From: a virus | Taxonomy: Duplodnaviria; Caudoviricetes | DNA length: 59,725 nt | IMG/VR virus record: IMGVR_UViG_3300012041_000004 | Location: 1 to 59,725 of that record | Direction: 5' to 3' (one strand) | Shown: piece by piece, positions 9,216 to 17,967 of the stretch | Position numbering within the stretch: position 1 is the stretch's first letter | Layout: every line of letters starts with the position of its first letter | Program-made: the position numbers and the translations under genes | The notes under the pieces: model-generated | Told to the model about the DNA's origin: nothing | The model's database searches: none | What the model saw: the letters and a program-made list of their open reading frames with translations, nothing else

Positions 9216-9486
9216 CCCAGAGATCTCCTGGTACGGCCCAAGATTCTACGGGAACCGAACCGCTTCTGGACGCACTCTCACACGTCAACTTCTCGGAGTT
9301 GCTCATCGGTCCTTGCCTTTTGGAACACTGGTTGAGTTCAGATGGAAAGGCCGAAGTATTATCGTTCCGGTGCTTGACCGCGGCCCTTACGTTCGCGGTA
9401 GAACCTGGGACCTTACCGGAGCCGCTTGCAAAGCTCTTGACCACTGTTTCACAGGTCCCATTGAATGGAGAATCGTGAATGACTGA
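8848..9486 (+). CDS. RlpA-like double-psi beta-barrel (lytic transglycosylase-like) protein with N-terminal membrane anchor
   Basis: SWYGP.FYG.RTASG, AHRSLPFGT, V.DRGPY, DL motifs; N-terminal hydrophobic helix and S/T/P linker. Confidence 0.82.
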   Translation: MQPKRSVVSTRTLTGISLLACLVVVASFQFIGWSSNSPSDDSSNPMRSFITAMATSSTTTSPTLKWSPIPSTRSVMVVDELPPSAQPAEPPSPTPKLSSERSVLTPAVPKPTPKAIKGRWHRDPEISWYGPRFYGNRTASGRTLTRQLLGVAHRSLPFGTLVEFRWKGRSIIVPVLDRGPYVRGRTWDLTGAACKALDHCFTGPIEWRIVND

Positions 9487-9940
9487 GGAACGCAAGATCG
9501 AGGACGAGGGCTGGATCCCGTTGGTCCAAGATCGCTGGACCTGGCTGGGCTCAACCTACGAACTCCAGAATGAGGTCTATGGCTATCCGCTAAGATGGTT
9601 CATCGGCGGCCTGGAAATAGGTTCACCAGCCGTCACGAAACAGCTCGCGGCCTACATCTTCTGGAACTCCTTCTCGGCCGTCCAGGAAATCGCAGAGATG
9701 AACGTTGAGTTCAGCTGGAAGCCCTGGGCTGTGGATGAACCCTTCGTCAACCGCGAACGTATCCTCGATGAGATCGTCGACGTCAACCACTTCCTCGGCA
9801 ACATCCTGGTAGGGCTGGGCGTTTCCCAAGCGGAGTACGAAGCTGCCTACCAGAAGAAGCAACAGAAGAACCGGGAACGAGCGGCCTCCGGTTCCTACTC
9901 TGCCAAGAAGGGCTCGCTCGGAGAAGGAAGCGACGTTTGA
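9479..9940 (+). CDS. All-alpha NTP pyrophosphatase (dimeric dUTPase/dCTPase, MazG-like fold)
   Basis: EIAE...WKPW...DEIVDVNHF...Y.KK..KN.ER. Confidence 0.8.
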   Translation: MTEERKIEDEGWIPLVQDRWTWLGSTYELQNEVYGYPLRWFIGGLEIGSPAVTKQLAAYIFWNSFSAVQEIAEMNVEFSWKPWAVDEPFVNRERILDEIVDVNHFLGNILVGLGVSQAEYEAAYQKKQQKNRERAASGSYSAKKGSLGEGSDV

Positions 9941-10257
9941 ATCCAGTCAGGACGAAGCAATCTAACTTCGTCTACAAGGGGCCGACAGCCAACATCGGTG
10001 ATGCCTGGACTGAGGTGAAAGACGACACCGTGTACATGGTCTGGGAGCTCAGCGACGAGGAACGGAGGTTCCTCCTAGACGGAGGCAACATCAAGCTTGG
10101 CATCCACTTCATGGGTCCGAACGTCGGGCGACCCATCCCACCTGTTTCCCTCATGTGCGTGGGAGATCAACCGGTTGAGCCACCAGAATGGAAGACCGTG
10201 AAGGCCGGCTGGCAACCGTCATGGAAGGATGAACAGGAGCGACTCAGTAATGGGTAA
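9937..10257 (+). CDS. Hypothetical protein
   Basis: Operon packing; WELSDEER..L..GG.I.L...PPVSL pattern. Confidence 0.65.
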   Translation: MNPVRTKQSNFVYKGPTANIGDAWTEVKDDTVYMVWELSDEERRFLLDGGNIKLGIHFMGPNVGRPIPPVSLMCVGDQPVEPPEWKTVKAGWQPSWKDEQERLSNG

Positions 10258-10498
10258 CAAGATCTACGTCCCGATGCCAGAGACGGAGATGTACAAGAAG
10301 TCCGTCAACAGAGAGGACATCGTCAACCAGTTTGGTGAAGCAACTGTCTCACGCGCTGAGGTCTCGGTTGTTCTGAACATCCTGTATATGACAGGGATGA
10401 TCAAGCCCAACGAGTTCATCGACCTCATGATCATGCAGTGCCGGCGGATCGAAGACGAACGTCGTAAGGCCGCCAACCTCGACGCAGATAGGGGCTAG
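10250..10498 (+). CDS. Hypothetical protein
   Basis: AGGAG RBS before ATG 10250. Confidence 0.6.
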   Translation: MGNKIYVPMPETEMYKKSVNREDIVNQFGEATVSRAEVSVVLNILYMTGMIKPNEFIDLMIMQCRRIEDERRKAANLDADRG

Positions 10499-10499
10499 G

Positions 10500-11390
10500 G
10501 TGATCATCAAGACTTTCCCCGACATCAACTCGATGTGGGAGGGAGCCTACTTCGGGATGCTGGAAGATCAGCCTCGCTACATCGACTACTTCCAGCGTAA
10601 CATCCTTCACTCGTTCGGGAACCACATGGTAGCCCGATCGGCCGTAATGGACTTCGACCTTGGCAAGATCGGGCTCACGCCCACCAAGTGGTCGAAGTTC
10701 ACCGGTCAGTACGTGGACGTTGAAAGCCTCCACGCCTGGGTGAACAACGCCATGAACATGAAGACATACGATGCACTCTGGACCTTCAAGATCGTCCCGC
10801 CGAACTTCTCGGGCAAGAAAGCGGTCCACCAGTGGGGGAACTGTCTTCTCGGTTTCAGTTTCCGAAGACAGCCAAAGCCTTCGATGCTCACTCTCTATAC
10901 GCGGGCTCAATCTCTCGGCTTCTCAGGAGTGGCAGATTACGCTCTCGCTTCTTTCGTTGCTAGGAAGCTTGGCGAACGAATGGGGGTCGACCCAGCCACC
11001 ATCCGGTTCCAAGTCTACTGCCCCAACTTCATCATCAAGACCGTAGAGACGGTTGCGACACTTCACAGCTTCGGACGACTCGAGGAATTCACCTCGGCAG
11101 AAGGCAGAGTCCCCGACGCGGTTCGGTACTACATCGAGTACATGAACCGACCTGAAGAGGAGATTCGCTGGAGAGCTGCCCGCAGGTGGAAGACGAAGTA
11201 CGAACGGTCCCAGGAAGGTGATTACCGACCACTGTTGGTCGAGGATCTCGTTCTCAAGGGCTGGATGGGGCACACCCGGGTTGGACGACGAATGACATCG
11301 CAGGAAGCGTCTAGACTCGTTCTCACCGGCGAGGGTCGTTACAACGCTGATCCCATTGATGTTCCGGAGGGCACCATCGTTACGCCATGA
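10500..11390 (+). CDS. Divergent thymidylate-synthase-fold protein (paralog A)
   Basis: GNCLLGFSF (Cys at the catalytic position) then LTLYTRAQSLGFSGVAD, aligning with TS YQRSCDxxLGLPFN. Confidence 0.6.
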   Translation: MIIKTFPDINSMWEGAYFGMLEDQPRYIDYFQRNILHSFGNHMVARSAVMDFDLGKIGLTPTKWSKFTGQYVDVESLHAWVNNAMNMKTYDALWTFKIVPPNFSGKKAVHQWGNCLLGFSFRRQPKPSMLTLYTRAQSLGFSGVADYALASFVARKLGERMGVDPATIRFQVYCPNFIIKTVETVATLHSFGRLEEFTSAEGRVPDAVRYYIEYMNRPEEEIRWRAARRWKTKYERSQEGDYRPLLVEDLVLKGWMGHTRVGRRMTSQEASRLVLTGEGRYNADPIDVPEGTIVTP

Positions 11391-12166
11391 AGACGATCTC
11401 TGGTAACTTCTCTGCAGTGCATGAATGGCTGACGTTGGAACTCAGCCGCGCCCCTGTGGTGAACGTGGGCGAGTGGCAAGCTCAGCGGGATGTACCACAG
11501 GAGCTGACCATCGAGGTCGAAGATGTCTCGTTCGAGGTCCCCATCCCAGCTAACGATGTTGGACTTCTTCAAACAGTTGTTCGACCAAACCTACCCTGGG
11601 CAGAGGAACACTTCCACGAGCGAGTCGGGGGTAGTCCTCTCAACCCACCACCGAGCCATGTTAGATGGCCTTTTGCACAAGCGGGGAACAGTCAACATCG
11701 TGATGGTGAGACGTTCTCACATACCTACCCCGAGAGGTTCTGGCCACGATCGTTGATGCCAGACGGGATCCGATTCTCTACTGGAGATCTCTCGGATATC
11801 ATCCAGCTGCTGGCTGAAAGAACGGGTAGTCGTCAGGCGTATCTCCCGGTTTGGTTTCCCGAGGACCTTCGCGCCGCGAACCAGGGAGCACGGGTTCCTT
11901 GCACGCTCGGCTACCACTTCCTGATCCGCAACGGACATCTGAAGATCGTCTACTACATCAGGTCCTGTGACTTCTTCAGACATTTCAACGATGATGTCTA
12001 CATGGCAGCGAGGTTGGCTCAGTGGGTGGCAAGTCAACTAAACGACGTAACGCCGTCAAGGCTCGTCATGCACATCTCTTCGCTGCACGTCTTCGAACAG
12101 GAACGACCGCTGCTTCGCGCACGGGCGAACGAGATCTTGAGCCAGCGAATGCTGAGGGTAAGGTGA
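11387..12166 (+). CDS. Thymidylate-synthase-family enzyme, probable dCMP methylase/hydroxymethylase (paralog B)
   Basis: SRQA, VPCTLGYHF, YYIRSCDFFRHFNDD, HISSLHVF. Confidence 0.85.
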   Translation: MKTISGNFSAVHEWLTLELSRAPVVNVGEWQAQRDVPQELTIEVEDVSFEVPIPANDVGLLQTVVRPNLPWAEEHFHERVGGSPLNPPPSHVRWPFAQAGNSQHRDGETFSHTYPERFWPRSLMPDGIRFSTGDLSDIIQLLAERTGSRQAYLPVWFPEDLRAANQGARVPCTLGYHFLIRNGHLKIVYYIRSCDFFRHFNDDVYMAARLAQWVASQLNDVTPSRLVMHISSLHVFEQERPLLRARANEILSQRMLRVR

Positions 12167-12588
12167 TTGACCGCATCGATCGCGATGAAATGATGATGCG
12201 GATCGCAGCCGTCGTCAGCCAAAGGGGAACGTGTGAACGAGCCTCAGTGGGAGCAGTTATCGCTCTGGACGGGCGTATCATTTCTTCTGGATACGTCGGT
12301 GCTCCGTCCGGCCTTCCACATTGCCGTGAGGTGGGATGTGACATTGGGGATAGCGGAGGTTGCCGGCGAACTGTTCATGCAGAGACGAACGCCGTTGCCT
12401 TCGCTGCGAGAGCTGGCATCCCCACCGCCGGGAGTACAATCTATGTTACGCATTCCCCTTGCCGTGAATGCGCGAAGATTATCCTCAATGCTGGAATTGA
12501 ACGGGTTGTTTATGAACAGCCATACAGAGATTCCAGCGGACTAGAACTGCTATCAGAAGCCGGAGTTGAGTGGATGCAATGGTCCTGA
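12163..12588 (+). CDS. dCMP deaminase
   Basis: HAE and SPCRECAK zinc motifs; GTG start overlaps the upstream TGA. Confidence 0.9.
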   Translation: MIDRIDRDEMMMRIAAVVSQRGTCERASVGAVIALDGRIISSGYVGAPSGLPHCREVGCDIGDSGGCRRTVHAETNAVAFAARAGIPTAGSTIYVTHSPCRECAKIILNAGIERVVYEQPYRDSSGLELLSEAGVEWMQWS

Positions 12589-15002
12589 ACCCACAGGCCC
12601 GCGAGAAGGTCTGGCTTCCCGTTAGGAACGCCGACTGCACGCTCTGCCCCCTTCACAAAGAGGCGAAGACGGTTTGTCTCCTGGGTGATGGGCCTGTACC
12701 ATCCAAAGTTATGATTATCGGGGAAGCACCTGGTGCTAGAGAAGACGACATGGAGCGCCCGTTCTCAGGGGTGGCGGGCCAGTATCTTGATCGAGTTCTT
12801 GCCGAGGTCGGGCTACCGCGGGATGCCGTCTACATTACGAACGCGGTCCGTTGCCGTCCGCCGGACAATCGAACTCCTACCAAATCAGAACTCAAGGCGT
12901 GCGCGACTTACCTTCAACGTGAAGTTGAGATCGTTCAACCTACACACATCCTTCTCCTTGGAAATGCTGCACTTCAAGCCGTCACGGGTAAGACGGGGAT
13001 CATGACCAAGCACGGGGTGAAGATGACAATTCACCTCGGTGGCGCCCCCCGTACTGTGCTAGCGACAGTCCATCCTGCTGCCGTCCTACGAAATCCAGGA
13101 CACGCAGGTATCTTCAAGGGCGACCTACTGTCCTTTGTCCGCCTGGTCAATGGGACAGATTCCCGCCTGGAAACTAAAGTGAGTCTAGTGCGGTCATCGA
13201 AGGGGCTCTCGAAGCTATGCCAGATGCTCGCCGCTGTGGACTCACCTATCGCGTTCGATGTAGAGACTGGTTCCAAGACAGATCGCGACGAGGGCGGACT
13301 GGAACCCTGGGCACCGGATGGAGTGATCCATACCATGGCCTTCTCCTGGGAGCCAGGTACAGCTTACGTCGTAGCCCCAGAGCATCCGATGGTCGAATGG
13401 GACATCCCGGTTGAGAGGGTTTACGCGGCACTGGCTGTGGCACTGAGAGGGAAGCGAGTCGGTGGGCACAACGTCAAGTTCGACGCGAAGTGGATCAGGG
13501 CCAAGAAGATGCTCGGCTTCCAGATCGCGTTCGACACGATGCTCATGGCCCACCTGCTGGACGAGAACCGCCCGCTTCGCCTCAAGAGCCTGGCTCGTTC
13601 GATCCTCGGTGCCGATGAATACGAGGCGGGGATCGGGTTCACAGGTTCGGCCACAGGGCTGACCAAGCTGGCTATCTACAACGCGAAGGACGCGGACTAC
13701 ACACTTCGCCTCTATCACCACTTCCGCAAGCAGCTGCTGGAACAACCGAAGCTGGCTCGTCTCTACGCGAAGATCACGTTGCCTGCACTTCGTGCCTTCA
13801 CAGAGATCGAAGAGCGGGGGTTCCCCCTTGACATCACTCGGTTGCGGGACAGGCACAAGGAAGTCAAGGCAAACCGCGAGGGCTGCCGCCAAGAACTCCT
13901 GGCCCTCATCCCGGAAGAACGTCGAGCAACATTCAACGTCGGCTCGCCCCAGCAGATGGGCTGGTTCCTATACACCTATCTCGGATTGAAGCCGCAACTC
14001 TATACTCCGAAGGGTCAGCCATCCACATCAAAGGATGCTCTGCTCGCATTGAGAAATTCGCACCCGGCGATGGCTGTTCTTATGGAGTTCCGAAGGTGGG
14101 ACAAGTATGAATCAACCTATACTCGAAACTGGCTCATTAGAGCTGGCACTGCTGGCAAGCCACGACTTTACACCTCCTACAATCTTTCTGGAACTGTCAC
14201 CGGGCGCCTATCTTCTGACATGCAACAGGTGCCCAGGAACGTATACATTCGATCTATCATCGGTACTAGACCGGGATGGAAATGGATTGAAGCTGACTTT
14301 TCTCAGGTCGAGCTCCGAATTGCTGCTATGTTTTCCAGGGACCCAACGCTCACGAAGACGTTCAAGGAAGGCGGTGATCCGCACTTTGAAACGGCATCTC
14401 GAATCCTCGGGAAGCCGAAAGAACAGATCACCAAAGAAGAAAGGAAGATGGCGAAAGCCGTCAACTTCGGTTTCCTGTACGGAATGTGGTGGAAGAAGTT
14501 TCGTGCTTACGCCGACACGAACTACGGGATCGAAGTCAGCATCGAAGAAGCGAAAGCCTACCGCATCGCCTTCTTCAAGCAGTACTCAGCTCTTGAAGCC
14601 TGGCACGAGCGGCAGCGCCGACTAGTTCGCAACCTCGGACGAGTCACTTCTCCCACAGGCCGAGTGCGACATCTTCCAACGATTATGTCAACGGATGAAG
14701 GGGTTCAAGCTGAAGCCGAGCGTGAGGCGATCAACTCGCCCGTTCAAGGGTTCGCATCAGACCTTACCGTTCTTGCAATGGTCCTCATTCATGAACGACT
14801 TGATCCCAAGCAAGCCCGCATCATCGGCAACGTCCACGACTCGATCATGCTAGAGGCACGTGAGGAACACGCCGAGGAGGTGGCAAAGCTCGTGAAGGAG
14901 ATTATGGAGAACTTGCCCATCAAGAAACTCTTCGGGTACCAGATGACCATTCCGATCGAGGCGGAAGTGACCATTTCACAACACTGGGGCGAGAATGATT
15001 GA
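12570..15002 (+). CDS. polA: Family A DNA polymerase with N-terminal family-4 uracil-DNA glycosylase domain
   Basis: UDG: CTLC, GEAPG, PF, TNAVRCRP, HPAA. Exonuclease: FDVET, HNVKFD, YNAKD. Polymerase: ADFSQVELR, KAVNFGFLYG, VHDS. Start may be ATG 12579. Confidence 0.93.
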   Translation: MDAMVLNPQAREKVWLPVRNADCTLCPLHKEAKTVCLLGDGPVPSKVMIIGEAPGAREDDMERPFSGVAGQYLDRVLAEVGLPRDAVYITNAVRCRPPDNRTPTKSELKACATYLQREVEIVQPTHILLLGNAALQAVTGKTGIMTKHGVKMTIHLGGAPRTVLATVHPAAVLRNPGHAGIFKGDLLSFVRLVNGTDSRLETKVSLVRSSKGLSKLCQMLAAVDSPIAFDVETGSKTDRDEGGLEPWAPDGVIHTMAFSWEPGTAYVVAPEHPMVEWDIPVERVYAALAVALRGKRVGGHNVKFDAKWIRAKKMLGFQIAFDTMLMAHLLDENRPLRLKSLARSILGADEYEAGIGFTGSATGLTKLAIYNAKDADYTLRLYHHFRKQLLEQPKLARLYAKITLPALRAFTEIEERGFPLDITRLRDRHKEVKANREGCRQELLALIPEERRATFNVGSPQQMGWFLYTYLGLKPQLYTPKGQPSTSKDALLALRNSHPAMAVLMEFRRWDKYESTYTRNWLIRAGTAGKPRLYTSYNLSGTVTGRLSSDMQQVPRNVYIRSIIGTRPGWKWIEADFSQVELRIAAMFSRDPTLTKTFKEGGDPHFETASRILGKPKEQITKEERKMAKAVNFGFLYGMWWKKFRAYADTNYGIEVSIEEAKAYRIAFFKQYSALEAWHERQRRLVRNLGRVTSPTGRVRHLPTIMSTDEGVQAEAEREAINSPVQGFASDLTVLAMVLIHERLDPKQARIIGNVHDSIMLEAREEHAEEVAKLVKEIMENLPIKKLFGYQMTIPIEAEVTISQHWGEND

Positions 15003-15363
15003 CGGCCGGCTTCGCTACAAGGAGCTGCTGGACAGAATCAGGGACCAGAAGCGATACCTGGAGCTGGTGGATGAAATCGAAGACCTCTTCGATCGAAAGA
15101 ACGCAGGGTACGCTGGTGAGGGGAACCCTGATCCCTGGGCGAACTTTAGGGCAGCGGAAGCTCTTGGCATCGAGGTTTCCACTGGCGTTCTGGTACGGCT
15201 ATCAGATAAGTTCGCCCGACTACAATCACTTACTCGTCGAGCTTCAAACGATCGGGTTGGAGAAAGTAAGCTGGACACTGCTCTCGATCAGGCTGTCTAC
15301 TCACTCATCTACATCTGCCTACTGGAAGAGGAGAATCAAAAAAGTGAAGAACTTGCCCCTTGA
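14995..15363 (+). CDS. Nucleotide-modification-associated domain protein (Nmad1/DUF1599-like)
   Basis: KNAGYA...DPWANF...G.LVRLSDKFARL...ES..DT..D.AVY. Confidence 0.7.
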   Translation: MIDGRLRYKELLDRIRDQKRYLELVDEIEDLFDRKNAGYAGEGNPDPWANFRAAEALGIEVSTGVLVRLSDKFARLQSLTRRASNDRVGESKLDTALDQAVYSLIYICLLEEENQKSEELAP

Positions 15364-15388
15364 CAACCGACCGTAGATAATATATAAT
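15360..15388 (+). promoter_or_regulatory. Sigma70-type promoter
   Basis: TTGACA-17 bp-TATAAT; ATG follows 7 nt later. Confidence 0.8.
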
Positions 15389-15395
15389 TCAAGTA

Positions 15396-15641
15396 ATGGT
15401 GGCCCGCAATTTCCGACGGTATGTTCGTCACAAACTAGCAGCTTGTGAGATTTGTGGAGAACGGATTAGAAAGTTGCTTGTTCATCACAAGGATCACAAC
15501 CCCCGCAATGATGATCCAACCAATCTGCAGACTCTCTGCAATCCATGCCATAAGATGGTACATGGACAACTGAAGAGTCGACGGGGTACCTATTCAGCGG
15601 GAAGACCGTTAGAAATCGAAGGACCTGTCGAGTGGAGCTAG
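15396..15641 (+). CDS. HNH endonuclease
   Basis: CEICG...VHHKDHNPRNDDPTNLQTLCNPCH. Confidence 0.85.
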   Translation: MVARNFRRYVRHKLAACEICGERIRKLLVHHKDHNPRNDDPTNLQTLCNPCHKMVHGQLKSRRGTYSAGRPLEIEGPVEWS

Positions 15642-16681
15642 AACGAGTGGCGTTCAACCAATCCCGGTTGAAGACCTTCAATCATTGTCAGAAGCAGTAC
15701 GAGTACAAGTACATCGATCTGCTTCAACCCAGAAGGAAGGTTCGTCCCCTCTTCCTCGGATCATGGATCCATGCTGCCCTGGAAACACACTACAGGGATG
15801 GCGACTGGAAGATCGGACATCAACAGTATGTTGAGCAGTGGGACAAGCTGTTCGACGAGGAGAAGGAGGCACTCAGCAAGGGGCGCGGGAAGTCCGGTCT
15901 TCCACTGCCACAGGTGGTGGAGAAGATCATGCAGTCGTACATCTGGTACTACCGCGAGGACCACTTCCGTCCCTACATGATCGAGGAGATCCTCGAGGTC
16001 CCGACCCCGCTCATCGTGAACGGGAAGCAGTTCGTCTTCAAGGGTCGACTCGACCTGGTGATGGAAGACCTAGACGATGGCACGCTCTGGCTGTGGGATC
16101 ACAAATCAGCGAGCACGATCCCGCAGCCCACCTCGTTCCACGCGATGGATCCACAGCTCATGTGGTATCCCTGGGCTGCTGAGAAGCAGTTCGGCATCGA
16201 GATCGCGGGGATCTACTACAACTACGTTCGGAGCAAGCCCCCGTCCGTCCCGCAACTCAACAAGGATGGGTCGATCAGCAAGCGGAAGGTGAGCACGGAC
16301 TACCCGACGCTCTACCGGTTCCTCAAGCGTGAGGGCTTCGACCCTAACGACTTCAAGCACATCCTTATCCCACTCTCGAAGAAGTCGGACTTCCTTCGCC
16401 GCTACAAGATGCCGCGAGAAGCCCACGTCACGAAGGAGGTTCTCCTCGACGGCCTCGCAACCGTCAAGAGGATCGAAGAGACCAAGCGGTTCACTCGCAA
16501 CATCACACGCGATTGCGTCCGCTGTTCCTACCACGATCTTTGCCGCTCGGACCTCAACGGGTTCGATACGACAGGGATGAGGGAATCTATGTTCACCATT
16601 GAGGAGGAGGATTACGTAGCCAGTGGCAGTCACGCTAACACCAGTCAAGTCGACGACATCGAAGACGGCGAGGGAGACTAG
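15632..16681 (+). CDS. PD-(D/E)XK exonuclease (Cas4/RecB-like)
   Basis: N-terminal Cys, G..IH, GRLDLV, DHKS, QL..Y, C-terminal CxxC...C. Confidence 0.85.
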   Translation: MELERVAFNQSRLKTFNHCQKQYEYKYIDLLQPRRKVRPLFLGSWIHAALETHYRDGDWKIGHQQYVEQWDKLFDEEKEALSKGRGKSGLPLPQVVEKIMQSYIWYYREDHFRPYMIEEILEVPTPLIVNGKQFVFKGRLDLVMEDLDDGTLWLWDHKSASTIPQPTSFHAMDPQLMWYPWAAEKQFGIEIAGIYYNYVRSKPPSVPQLNKDGSISKRKVSTDYPTLYRFLKREGFDPNDFKHILIPLSKKSDFLRRYKMPREAHVTKEVLLDGLATVKRIEETKRFTRNITRDCVRCSYHDLCRSDLNGFDTTGMRESMFTIEEEDYVASGSHANTSQVDDIEDGEGD

Positions 16682-17459
16682 CGCCGCATCCGCTGCCGAC
16701 AAGATCGTTTCGGCAGACGAAGTCGAAGCCCACTTCAAGATCTGTCTCTACGGCCGAAACAAGATTGGCAAGACCAAGTTCGCTTGTTCTTCCAACTTGA
16801 AGACCCTGGTGATCGACTGCAATGAGAGGGGCTTCGCCTCAGTCCGCAAGCGCCCCAACGTCGACATCTACCAGATCTCCCGCTGGGAAGAACTGGATGC
16901 CATCTACTGGTACTTGAAGGCCGGCAATCATCCCTACGAGGTAGTCGTGATCGACACGATTACGATGCTCGCCTCGGTCGGGATGAAGTGGGTCCTCAAG
17001 GATGATGTCGACCGCGACATGAACAAGGATCCGCTCATGCCTTCTCGCCCGACTTACCTCAAGCTGGGCGAGATCATGAAGGACACGATCATTCGGTTCC
17101 GCAACCTGCCTTACCACATCATCTTCAACGCACAGGAGAAGACATCGACCGAGGATGATGAGGAAGGCAACACACTGATCGAGACTCATCCGGAACTCTC
17201 TCCGGCCCCTCGTTCAGTTCTTCTGTCCGCCACCAACATCAATGCCCGGATCTTCGTTCGGGAGGTAGAGAAGGAGGTCAAGGGGGTAACGAAGAAGGTC
17301 ATGCAGCGACGAATGCTCATGGGGTCAGTTCCCCGCTACGTCGCAGGACGAAGGTTCGAAGAACTCAGGGATGTCGAGGTAATCGCAGACGACGACCTCG
17401 CCCTGCAGCGGTTCATCGATCGAGTATATGGAGAGAAGCCCAATGCCGACACCCAGTAA
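16623..17459 (+). CDS. AAA_24/Sak4-like ATPase (recombinase)
   Basis: YGRNKIGKT, VVIDTIT; sits between the exonuclease and SSB. Confidence 0.8.
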   Translation: MAVTLTPVKSTTSKTARETSAASAADKIVSADEVEAHFKICLYGRNKIGKTKFACSSNLKTLVIDCNERGFASVRKRPNVDIYQISRWEELDAIYWYLKAGNHPYEVVVIDTITMLASVGMKWVLKDDVDRDMNKDPLMPSRPTYLKLGEIMKDTIIRFRNLPYHIIFNAQEKTSTEDDEEGNTLIETHPELSPAPRSVLLSATNINARIFVREVEKEVKGVTKKVMQRRMLMGSVPRYVAGRRFEELRDVEVIADDDLALQRFIDRVYGEKPNADTQ

Positions 17460-17961
17460 GCTCACCGTCGACTTCTCAAACGTCGAGGAACGCCGCGGTG
17501 GGAACGCCTTCCATGGCCCGGAGGGTGACTATCTCCTGCAGGTGAAGGGAGTCGAGCTCAAGTCCAAGAAGGACGACGAGACTTCGAAGTACCTCTCCTG
17601 GAGGTTCGAGCCGGTCAAGCCCGAGCAGTACAAGGGGCGCGGTTCGGTCTATCACAACACGAGCCTCAAGCCCGAGTCCCTGTGGGCTCTCCGCAACCTG
17701 CTCGACGACATGGGGATCACGGTCCCGAAGAAGGCGGTCAGCCTGCCGCTCGCGGACATCGCCAAGTCGGGCCGGATCGTCGGTGCCACCCTCGAGGACG
17801 ATACCTACAACAACAAGACGAAGTCGGTCATCGCTGCCACTTTCAAGAAGGAGCAGTACGAGGCGACTTCCGCTCCGGAAGATGAGGAGGCTGCCACAGA
17901 GGAAGCGGCCACCGAGTCCGACGAGGAAGAGACCGAAGAGCTCGATCTGGACGACATCTAG
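17443..17961 (+). CDS. Single-stranded DNA-binding protein (DUF669-like)
   Basis: PEGDY beta-strand core, acidic C-tail ending LDLDDI; context. Confidence 0.7.
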   Translation: MPTPSKLTVDFSNVEERRGGNAFHGPEGDYLLQVKGVELKSKKDDETSKYLSWRFEPVKPEQYKGRGSVYHNTSLKPESLWALRNLLDDMGITVPKKAVSLPLADIAKSGRIVGATLEDDTYNNKTKSVIAATFKKEQYEATSAPEDEEAATEEAATESDEEETEELDLDDI

Positions 17962-17967
17962 ATCCTG

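Noticed and set aside
11387-12166. Ordinary thyA or SPO1-type dUMP hydroxymethylase
   Set aside because: The specificity position is Asp rather than Asn, favouring dCMP; not fully excluded without assay
15632-16681. Cas4 as evidence of a CRISPR system
   Set aside because: It sits in the usual phage exonuclease, Sak4, SSB recombination module
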